Source: Candidatus Helarchaeota archaeon | GTDB lineage: Archaea > Asgardarchaeota > Lokiarchaeia > Helarchaeales > RDOG01 | DNA length: 49,419 nucleotides | Assembly: GCA_029838215.1 (NCBI GenBank) | Contig: JALGVI010000021.1 | Location: 1 to 49,419, forward strand | Reading direction: 5' to 3' | Shown here: piece after piece, positions 15,001-18,516 of the stretch | How positions within the stretch are numbered: position 1 is the first letter of the stretch | Layout of the letters: every line of letters begins with the position of its first letter | The notes under the pieces: model-generated | Database searches by the model: none | Seen by the model: only the letters and a program-made list of their open reading frames with translations | What the model was told of the DNA's origin: nothing | Made by a program: the position numbers and the translations under genes

Positions 15001-16654
15001 TGTATTCTACGATCAAACTCCAAACGTGAATGCTCCCGTGGATATTTCTACAATTGTACTCGATAACGTAAAGGTCGATACCGTCCAAATTGTTTGGACA
15101 ACTGATCGCAGTCTGCCGTTTACATCTTGGAGCCGAAGCACAATGAGTATTTACGGCAACTATTATGTCGGTTCCTTGCCCGGGCAACCCGAAGGTACTG
15201 TCGTGTCCTTTGCAATTTATGCTAATGATACCAACGGCAGAAGCGTGGTGGATAACAATTATGGTGCGTTCTATACCTACATTGCCACGTCTGACATGGA
15301 CATCCAAATCGATTCTCCATCAATTGTAAATCAAACCGAAACATTTTCTCTAAACATTACAATCAACAATAAGAACGCCGAAGCAATGGCCGTCTTGATA
15401 ACCCTCGAAACAGGTTCTACTAACCTTTCAGTGATTTCAATTCCAACAGGTTTCATTGAGATTAATGACGTTTCATTCGGTCAAACAACCTTGGGAGTTT
15501 CGCAGAAGAGAACCTTCGGCTCTTGGTTATTAAATGGAACTTCAGTTGGCTTGTATAACATTACCGTGTCAATTTATAATCAAACGGATTCTCAACTCTT
15601 GTATCAAAAGATCAAGATGATTCAAGTAATCCAGCAAGAAATAATCAGAGGAACCAGTTCGGGCGACCTTGAAGAAATACAGACGGGTCTTGGCTTGAAT
15701 GTATCTTTCAGATTCCCATCGAACGAATCATACGAAGCGTGGATGAACTTCTTCCTTCAGAATCCTGCCGGTAATGGTGTAAACGGAGGCGGCTCACTTG
15801 TCAACGATACCGGCTTCTATGAATTCCAAGCCAACCTGCCTCTCATTGAAGGCATTCTTTGCATTCCATTCAACATAACCGAAATAATTGAACAAAATAT
15901 CGATCCCAACACGTTAACCATAGCTTACTTCGATGAAGACACGCAAACATGGGTGCCCGTAACTGTAGGATGGGTCGTTCACTTGGACGGCGATCCCGAA
16001 GAAATATGGTGGGCTTGTGCAAACATCTCGCACTTTAGCTTCTATGCCATTATCGGAGAACCTCGCGTGGAATCCCAACCCGGTCCTGAACCCGGTCCCG
16101 GCACGGGCGGCTTACCATTAGAATACATCTTGCCGATCATTCTCGTGATGGTAATCATCGTGATGGCGGCATTAGCAATCTATGGTTACAACAGGCGAAG
16201 ACAACAACAGAAATTGATGATGGAATATCAAGAAAAATACAGGGAAGAAATCATCTGGGAAATTGACATCGAAGAAAATGTTTGTGCTTCCCATGAAGAC
16301 GAAATCGTTGGACCTAAGTACAGGTGTCCAGGGTGTGGCGTGGATTATTGTCTATCGTGTGCCGAGAAGCTCTTGAAAAAGAATGAAAGCTGTCTCTATT
16401 GCACGACACCAATGAATTATTATAGCATCAAGCAAATGATAAACAAGCGGGATGCAAAGCTACGCGAAGAAGCAAGGATCAAGGAAGAAGAATTAGCTAA
16501 AGAGAAAGGCAAAAAGGTCGAACCCGATAAAAAGGAACCCGAAATTAACTATTACAGCCAAAAACTGCGGGACAACTATGAAAAACGAATGAAAGAGCGC
16601 AAAAAGATCAAGAAAGTAATTAAAAAGAAAAAACAAAAACGCAAAGTCAAATAA
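2..16654 (+). CDS. Giant single-pass cell-surface glycoprotein (>5,500 aa, 5'-truncated by the window edge): Ig-like repeats, HFS motif, TM helix, cytoplasmic RING-like finger
   Basis: The ORF track starts at GTG 95, but the frame is open back to base 2 (VTIDIITDPILSGNATIRANITSP...), so the true start lies upstream. Very many N-x-S/T sequons, repeated beta-sandwich-like units, one hydrophobic helix near the C-terminus, stop TAA at 16652-16654. Confidence 0.93.
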   Translation, partial: VTIDIITDPILSGNATIRANITSPNDINNESVVCQATSVSNISLSMGRVYTQFTSIPLEYNSTSGLYEGYLDTIEFCPSTEIELSVSASDSLIFGNYNGQDISYSKTERKIVSVNNSFYGEAILTDVDQDGNVLVSGFFGGYNIASGVNITSAFDNVKVKFMASSADTSLYIHDMWDDDIDLQNYTYDLEYYDILLIIRGHGDYSQVEWDQKAVTIKDAYKTEFNIFSSFTLAKNFTLEHQQYYIYGCNYSVRTYSDFVNKFHADVPGGLSLAFTASRLTSNSSYVSWEYDSAQFEGSIPPAQNFYDCLGYKDGSTFYLLDPNVDYQLGYEIISAHVYYSEFFGSNYNSTPLNRLLNYSDLLDMPLNLTNYNTSSYGSYVETTFQNANITNTNDDAFTSTISTNGSLVYNTIQHWLANKDINILGQNDYISWAKSEINLIEINFTSPLFGLTVVEPISDVSGSFNITVNLTDNINIDTAKILNMTCYFIEKSLFETSTSSLEWITADIHYTQRLTYFGSQQYKEINTGSHRFENGTYVMIVVVSEVMHNDVPRAFPPILAYTLHELNISNPETIHAEFISPVGNDLTGVVDFSLNVTGPYPITQVDLYFEDFRRMNIFETFSLEYNATSTLWEGSWPSYGFSNQDFTLYVVISDNSSTSAIVKRSFSIYNTEFMTIHLVPFDPQHMISMYRYVLIGTNTLFSSYIINARASGPAPVVQGYYEVYEFDYYTQVIGNLVSTGNLSDPFSIWFGQWDSSTVENGMYLLKVMLVDAYNVTASAEIPLQVDNGGSGSGSGGGNLYITDVSVQFDFLYEGSIIDVSCSIVNPSDQSPIDPSGLSQYTYSVLDLDFNSIGISGNLDYDSNTTIYFKDSIDVASLDAGIYYVEFYAEDNEGYSVNNYESFEVVAPLPYVVWTTVPFQNDTTVTSGQFNTLNNSNSFWELDASTSDGQLVFEFHYNVTGYVSNASKLALLFFEGNDDGGYWNGNDGYFDHACLEIMNQSDLTWVTVKQDYGIRGDSFDELISSIKNLSQFIGGDGELYLRFNFSYNSGEIDLYMTDLDLLLGEIPFYEFDGYSGTIQDTIYNDDVSIKDSDMTFINVTFNGNVGVDLSTVNLADCVFNYPVHVAGSIYADNSSVSFENCNFTWNSTGNTFYRPIESVRTAPIYDGALFVAGSAQVTVSNSSFYDTITCYEFADVYLQNSTLLDGVVLGDNSTLNITSDSYLTAWYSNVIDIGVGFQTFRSDKDGEYIPQFEMQDSILDAGNIHIQEYASVKFTNTNSTAKAGYLTMDPFSDLTLVYSNLSSITLQRSIWDVSGNLDINGSAVTGSYADGLNLDGNSSLKEPYYINSVYFGYDLSSSSTLSIFGSASINFIKAGSEARVEIRGSFVSEINVYENATVVFIESTYSNPPEICRYEKQSGDVWNALIFSIESDSGDADHIQGNVNTTVLDAIVGNENLDQIELWIEGEQKYANSSPSLPFTWIWDSLTVQNGSRDVSVILRDDGVPIVSCTHDVSIYVDNNVNSTELTMENPVSGYLEVEEGQNATYCVYYNDTTSILPISGASVTTNWNWNHAITDLLNGSYKVDIFETDIAGPGEYPIQIQASKVGFETATVNVTLNITAKTDNNTELISTGPTSGYLETDIGTYGNFTIYYNNTDLGIGIANANINTNWTKNWNFVDAGSGYYNVNFEAAVNPGNHAILVNASKKGEANATLLLVLNVTGQMTMNISHYEIDGLYPRVPAILYENATFQVCIKNKITGDAVQNANISLLNYQGSWESDTNGNYNITIYGDAFTEYGVYFVNYTVSAPGYKNETEAYGIAMQINMTSGYTSSPPTLDGSGDFPSSFIAGSQEWKDAVLFNYSYFTEDVSNIEINYTFKILIMNDENNLYIGYEIDDNGGWDGSNWTEADGIAPCAEYINGSYSYHDLDIHAVYDFDIYDWFINSSISQDPLNDTDHAGTNDTLAATDWFSLTNHAEIQVPLSSGDLKDWDLIFGEPELFGFYVFIYEVCSVINPEMLHFDGYLTLGEKNKTELTCMVPPIAYNEIASGENATFIVYYNDTDNNLPILGAIVESNWSYDVWYDDYGNGSYSVNIFNTSNVTPGSYLIEIIASKAGYKNGTCYLVLNVSDFNNTELYCDYPSGAYLEVTAGNIATYTLYYNDTDKNEGINNATLDSNWTYGNFTLDLGGGYVNFSTWNTDIPGPGIYIIEINASKFGYKTATCYVTLNVTSPPDSISPNWSNPIVTPASPQIFVEGLNIIFNITWNDNVGVQTVYFELNGTNNTVTTFTGNEYSFNLTDISAGFYEYRWWASDFAENWNVTDLANYTIDKNASILVLLLNGTDGDVVANYSSIVNITAEVLFNQKPSEPVNVSIFINDTLMYLINTSESVFHVFNSVGVYNITVFFNGNENYTASSTTHFVQIVDEIPPDIPTPPADIEYNYGDAGPIYISWTFYDYNDTNAVYNITRNDTGLVNQTGSFLNGTPIQIDVSGLESGIYFYTIGINDTYGNSVNDTVKVTVKDQTDPVLDYTPLDISYQQGAGSGKHINWSAWDQSGSGWYNITKDGLLVQNGSWTNNVNVTIDVSGLSQGVYNYLITFYDAFWNDISDLVVVTVTAPGGPPTIDNPSDIQYEMGDTGNVITWDVSDSDLDVLYIYRNGTLIQTRIWGTNWSTSTVQINIDGLSVDVYNYTIHVIDQVSNEATDLVYVTVVDTTDPYIDVLYNGMQVSYNEGDTGNTLTWNVTDINPGHYNITRDGLEIMNGIWNNGTNITINIDGLNASETSYYYVIYVYDSFDNLRTDDVYVKVNDTTNPAFISWPSDKTIEFGSSGNSLSWNATDAHPNVYTITLNGSPIVINQTWSDYIFLDLDALGLNISLYLFQIVIYDIDFNYNMSQVYVNVTDTIEPTINNPADISYQVGSTGNTITWSPSDLAPSTYVVYNQSTIYTSGIWDGISNIIVDVDGLSAGSYNFTIYCNDTSGNFVTDEVNVTVTSTAPPQISHPSDFSAEQFSGTRTITWVPSDNDPDVYNITKNGSLVTGHIDQTWSDLEDINLTVSTNVVGVWLFVITLKDQQGNVIEDEVYVTIYTADNDPPTIISSPSISGYEFGTSGHYLRWNVSDVNPDTYELYRNGFKVSEGTWQNYEYISRNIDGLPIGTYNYTLWVYDDFSQFTTDDVIIDVHDSQPPQLINPPTDKFIELGTTGNEITWNATDSSPFKAEIRRDGILIDVINPWAGGIVTINIDGLSLGVYTYKITFYDTSLHVTNDTVQVTVQDSINPLIIDKSSNLQYEIGTTGHSIYWTATDCNPNIYDIKNGSGITIATGAWTSGTPIYLNLDSLGLGQGVHSFTCWVYDGSGNSNSSEILVTVEDNTAPDLNNPDDIAYLLGSTGHAISWIATDHLPNSYAVFKDGSLYGTYQGAWTSGTPIEVNVDGLAVGTYNFTIIVNDTKGNTVTDTVFVQVTSSNPPAVSHPEDFSYRVGDPSSYVLSWTPDDSDPDFYSVYKNGSLIDSGFWSKLVPINIDVSGLPEGVHNYTIELNDTAGNVITDMVLVTVYESTPPVIAGPDDLIYDLGSTGNELSWGISDSNPGTYKIFLEGSLIKSGSWTNSVNVTINVDGLSVGTYTYELIALDSHDNNDTDLVNVTVQDNSNPSIYTETPTLSYLVQTTGHSITWHADDDSKDYYNILRDGTVIESDFWTTTVLVVNIDGLSVGVYNFTAIVYDSESNSNASECIVTVYENTPPTINQPSSITYEENHGGSQIMTWTASDDNPYLYQIINVSDGSVLETNAWNSSTITYDVSNLAAGSHSFKCKVIDLFLNNASSVVLVTVTPMNGPELNHPVDMNYLQGQAGVYINWTPTDATPNPDTYIIYNESVVVNSGAWSSGVSIIIDVSGLTVNSYNFTIMVNDTDGNVATDTVWVVVTTGTPPDFLVRPADIQYVEGSTGNYINWVPNSTPASCENYTIYRDGTIVYQGVWSNNATISRNIDGLSYGTYHYVLRVYNIYGYAEDEVLVNVTDQIAPTISPLPDVSYNEGETGNVLTWTVSDANPNIYEVSVDYGSGYVLENAGSWTNNVSVNIDGFTYGIYYIRVVVYDQAGNNATDVVKLTVNDVVAPNFLSPLPESYISSYSEGTSTLWAVWNAEETNPATYQIMQNGTLLIDSPWSGTSILYNVGGLSVGVYTFTCVINDQAGNNATNSFTLEVFDNDGPSITTPEDIVYGEDSIFGENGVTIAWTCWDTNPDQYVIYRTSSSPVINKTGTWTSGTPIVLHTGNLPVGNHNFTIVANDTSGNLVMDQVWVNVTAVPAPIIIGPADITMFQGETGHSIVWTFSSALYPSQYNITRNTILIQSGTWGGNSISYSIPSLGVGTHEFILGVNNTHDGSDSDTVIVEVLPLTAIPPGFNGTIPESGFYQYDEGTTGHFIVWIPNVTIDKLSDDCLYTITLDDVVIATGNYNDSSRVLNISLNIDGLAAGTYSFICRINNTDGYSAERMITVRVVDIMPPTVSVDQSLIQYSYGSTPPVLIWHPSDLHPDHYEITKNGTWIAGESWSGGDVSYNISTLGYPLPVGVHVFTLKAYDIDNNLGEATITVRVVDSQAPIFGPVSFPTEIIEGTSAFIEVEVTDTNLDYVKIIYSYSLSNGTNIVVNQVLYLNPNPYPTFQAILITDVYDQNANISFMLTAADTHGNVRNSTPIGYPYYMINVLQTPDIVPPQIIPNLPEVVNHTVDINISATVIDDRGIDMVWLDVWIYNATSYTVTQYQWLMVDQGGNLYRYTIPEAFFEANFVIYYDILANDTSGNFNSRTCDPIYLFAGTPPVIHDPSDVKGGNSIEITVRVENADNVYLHYQKDGGSWTSMEIFGTGEYYTGTITSTTYGNYYIRAINADGTSISQTYYYFIGEYYSLNLTVPIDKIVGQNFVVSLSINNTSPFMYDAIVTLQVPSGLSLYEGRITEHSMILSGMVGIFDWKLVGITPSVYPIVVEINSTAFSTTTIADVIRIFEDNSPPQIGDVFYDQTPNVNAPVDISTIVLDNVKVDTVQIVWTTDRSLPFTSWSRSTMSIYGNYYVGSLPGQPEGTVVSFAIYANDTNGRSVVDNNYGAFYTYIATSDMDIQIDSPSIVNQTETFSLNITINNKNAEAMAVLITLETGSTNLSVISIPTGFIEINDVSFGQTTLGVSQKRTFGSWLLNGTSVGLYNITVSIYNQTDSQLLYQKIKMIQVIQQEIIRGTSSGDLEEIQTGLGLNVSFRFPSNESYEAWMNFFLQNPAGNGVNGGGSLVNDTGFYEFQANLPLIEGILCIPFNITEIIEQNIDPNTLTIAYFDEDTQTWVPVTVGWVVHLDGDPEEIWWACANISHFSFYAIIGEPRVESQPGPEPGPGTGGLPLEYILPIILVMVIIVMAALAIYGYNRRRQQQKLMMEYQEKYREEIIWEIDIEENVCASHEDEIVGPKYRCPGCGVDYCLSCAEKLLKKNESCLYCTTPMNYYSIKQMINKRDAKLREEARIKEEELAKEKGKKVEPDKKEPEINYYSQKLRDNYEKRMKERKKIKKVIKKKKQKRKVK
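3242..4230 (+). other. Probable right-handed beta-helix (pectin-lyase-like) segment of the giant protein
   Basis: Stacked short motifs such as LADCVFN, FENCNFT, VSNSSFY, LQNSTLL, ITSDSYL, MQDSILD, FTNTNST, LVYSNLS, typical of beta-helix rungs. Boundaries approximate. Confidence 0.5.
4568..6685 (+). repeat. Protein repeat family A: 4 clear copies plus 1 divergent copy of a ~95-aa Ig-like unit, interrupted by a DOMON/CBM9-like insert
   Basis: Consensus TELxxxxPxxxYxExxxGxxATFxxYYNDTxxxxxIxxAxxxxNW...GxGxY...GxYxIxIxASKxG(Y/F). Copies start at about 4568, 4877, 5162 (divergent), 6092 and 6395. Confidence 0.8.
5498..6075 (+). other. DOMON/CBM9-like ligand- or carbohydrate-binding module within the giant protein
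   Basis: PPTLDG...EWKDA...IMNDENNLYIGYEIDD...AEIQVPL matches the PxxDG...EW..A...ND..NLY...E..IP pattern of CBM9/DOMON-like domains. Confidence 0.55.
7268..13756 (+). repeat. Protein repeat family B: about 23 tandem ~93-95-aa Ig-like units
   Basis: Counted by eye. Consensus DxxxPxIxxPxDIxYxxGxTGxxIxWxxxDxxPxxYxIxxNGxxxxxGxWxxxxxIxIDGLxxGxYxYTIxxxDxxGNxxxDxVxVTV, running from DEIPPDIPTPPAD to ATITVRVV. Confidence 0.9.
15920..16057 (+). other. Membrane-proximal module ending in an HFS motif (GPS/ZU5-like putative autoproteolysis site)
   Basis: IAYFDEDTQTWVPV...WACANISHFSFYAII; His-Phe-Ser at 16031-16039. Confidence 0.5.
16127..16189 (+). other. Transmembrane helix of the giant protein
   Basis: ILPIILVMVIIVMAALAIYGY, followed by the basic NRRR (positive-inside rule) and preceded by the Pro/Gly spacer PGPEPGPGTGG. 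Confidence 0.9.
16283..16402 (+). other. Cytoplasmic RING-like Zn finger with 8 ligands
   Basis: CASH-x10-CPGC-x4-CLSC-x10-CLYC, i.e. C-x2-H-x10-C-x2-C-x4-C-x2-C-x10-C-x2-C. Confidence 0.75.
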
Positions 16655-16662
16655 TTCCCATA

Positions 16663-16669
16663 TTTTTTT
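16663..16669 (+). terminator. Possible archaeal oligo(T) terminator after the giant gene
   Basis: T7 run 9 nt after the stop codon, in an AT-rich intergenic region. Confidence 0.35.
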
Positions 16670-16710
16670 ATTAATGCTAATAATTTTATCATTAAAATGA
16701 GTGAAAAATC

Positions 16711-17586
16711 ATGTCTTTAAGAAAAAAAACCCAAGTAGTAAGCACGAAAGCAACTGAGTTTCCTCCTCATGTTGCAGGATTCATTCCTCGAACCGTGCCT
16801 GATTTCGTTGATGAAGGAGATTATATCAGTAACATAATGATTGCCCTTGAAGAAGGGCATAACGTTCTCATCATCGGACCAACAGGGACGGGAAAAACGC
16901 ACATTATCCGAAGGATTGCTCAAGAGCTGGAACTTCCCGTTCTAGAAGTCAGCTTTACCTTGGGAACTGATGTCACGGACATTATTGGGCGATACGAACT
17001 CAAAGAAGAAGAAACCCAATGGATTTATGGTCCGCTACCATTAGCAATGCGCTATGGAACTCTTTTCTATGCTGACGAGATCAACATGGCTCGACCCGAT
17101 ATTGTTTCTCGATTACATCCGTGTCTGGATGACCGTCGAGCTCTCACGATCTCAGAACATGAAGAAGAACTGATAAGGGCACATCCCCGTTTCAGGTTCA
17201 TTGCCGCAATGAATCCCGTTGAATTGGGGTATGCAGGAACGAGACCATTATCCCCCGCTCTCAAGCGCAGGTTTGAAGAAATCATTTACATCAATTATCC
17301 TAAAAAAGAAACGGAATTAAAAATTCTTAAAAATAGAGCAAAACTCAAAGATGAAAGCATTTTGAGTCGGATGATTGATGTTGCAAACCAGGGCAGGCGT
17401 GCTCACGAAGAAGGAATGCTGTCAACGCCTCCAACTCCAGCCAACCTGATAGCTTGGGCGACCTTGATATCCCGGGATATCGACCCAATTGATGCTGCCG
17501 AACGAACGATCATTCACCAGACTTGTGATAGCGTCGACTCGCGAGATTACTTGAGGGGAATCATCAAGAGCACCTTTCAAACTTAA
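16711..17586 (+). CDS. MoxR/CbbQ/NorQ-like AAA+ ATPase (AAA_5 type)
   Basis: Walker A GPTGTGKT, Walker B FYADEIN, FIAAMNP sensor 1, PALKRRF arginine finger. Confidence 0.9.
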   Translation: MSLRKKTQVVSTKATEFPPHVAGFIPRTVPDFVDEGDYISNIMIALEEGHNVLIIGPTGTGKTHIIRRIAQELELPVLEVSFTLGTDVTDIIGRYELKEEETQWIYGPLPLAMRYGTLFYADEINMARPDIVSRLHPCLDDRRALTISEHEEELIRAHPRFRFIAAMNPVELGYAGTRPLSPALKRRFEEIIYINYPKKETELKILKNRAKLKDESILSRMIDVANQGRRAHEEGMLSTPPTPANLIAWATLISRDIDPIDAAERTIIHQTCDSVDSRDYLRGIIKSTFQT

Positions 17587-17603
17587 TTCACGGGTATTAA
17601 AAA

Positions 17604-18509
17604 ATGATAATGGGCGACGAATTAAGCAAGATTCCGTTTCGACAGAGACAAAATCTTGCAAAATTACACGTGGCAGAACGCGTGTTTAATACTGACATAA
17701 AAAATATATTAGACGCGCTTCCTGAACCCTTTCATACCTATTACACTAAGGTTAAAAACTGGGATGCCTTCCACCCCGATGTTGATCCGAAGTCATTCAG
17801 ACCTCCAAAAGGTATCATTAGTGCCGTGAGCAAGATCAAATCAAAGATGATGCAACTTAAAATTGGAGGATTGAAAGAACATTTTGGTTACACGTCGGGC
17901 GTGAAGTTTGACATGAACACGGTCGTTCAATCCATTGCATCGGGAAGGGGTCTATCTAGCCGCTCCCGCCCATTCATTCGAGTAACCTCCGAAATAATGC
18001 ATGCGGCTGCATTCTTGATTGATTTTAGTTCAAGCATGAAGAAGCATTTTAAAAAGATACGAGAGTCCGTTTATGTTTTTAGTGAAGTATTTAACGGCTT
18101 GCATCTTCCTTTTGGCATTTTCGGTTATAGTGAGAAATTTTGGATAATTAAAAATTTTGAGGAACGCTGGAACCTTGCCACAAAAGCACGTCTCTTTGGT
18201 CTCGAACCTTTCGGCATCTCTCCTGCAGGAATCGCAATTGATGTGGCGGGTGCAGCAATTCAGAAAGTCAGTCAAAAAGGAAAAATCCTATTTGTCATCA
18301 CCGATGGAATGTTTGACGATCGCAAGCGCGTAAAATTTGCCGTAGAAGCCATCATGAAGATGGGCATCGTCATTATCGGTATATCTACGTGTTTTGACAT
18401 CAAGGATGTCTTTCCAATCTCTATTCTTGAAACCGAAAACTTGGATAAAATATGGATTAGGGACTCCTTCATGAGATTATATTCCAAAATATTTCAGTCT
18501 GAATATTAA
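17604..18509 (+). CDS. von Willebrand factor A (MIDAS) domain protein, CobT/NorD/CbbO-like partner of the AAA+ ATPase
   Basis: MIDAS DxSxS in LIDFSSSM, plus LFVITDG; FDMNTVVQ resembles the pre-VWA motif of CobT/NorD. Starts 17 nt after the AAA+ gene. Confidence 0.85.
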   Translation: MIMGDELSKIPFRQRQNLAKLHVAERVFNTDIKNILDALPEPFHTYYTKVKNWDAFHPDVDPKSFRPPKGIISAVSKIKSKMMQLKIGGLKEHFGYTSGVKFDMNTVVQSIASGRGLSSRSRPFIRVTSEIMHAAAFLIDFSSSMKKHFKKIRESVYVFSEVFNGLHLPFGIFGYSEKFWIIKNFEERWNLATKARLFGLEPFGISPAGIAIDVAGAAIQKVSQKGKILFVITDGMFDDRKRVKFAVEAIMKMGIVIIGISTCFDIKDVFPISILETENLDKIWIRDSFMRLYSKIFQSEY

Positions 18510-18516
18510 TAGACCA

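Noticed and set aside
16060-16200. Archaeosortase (PGF-CTERM) or S-layer-type terminal anchor
   Set aside because: No PGF motif precedes the helix, and about 150 aa of cytoplasmic sequence follow it, unlike sorting signals that end a few residues after the TM.
9-16923. Many short ORFs overlapping the giant gene on both strands (e.g. 9-278, 159-437, 5534-5845, 12644-12949, 14981-15307)
   Set aside because: They are shadow frames inside a long, clearly coding ORF and contain no motifs.
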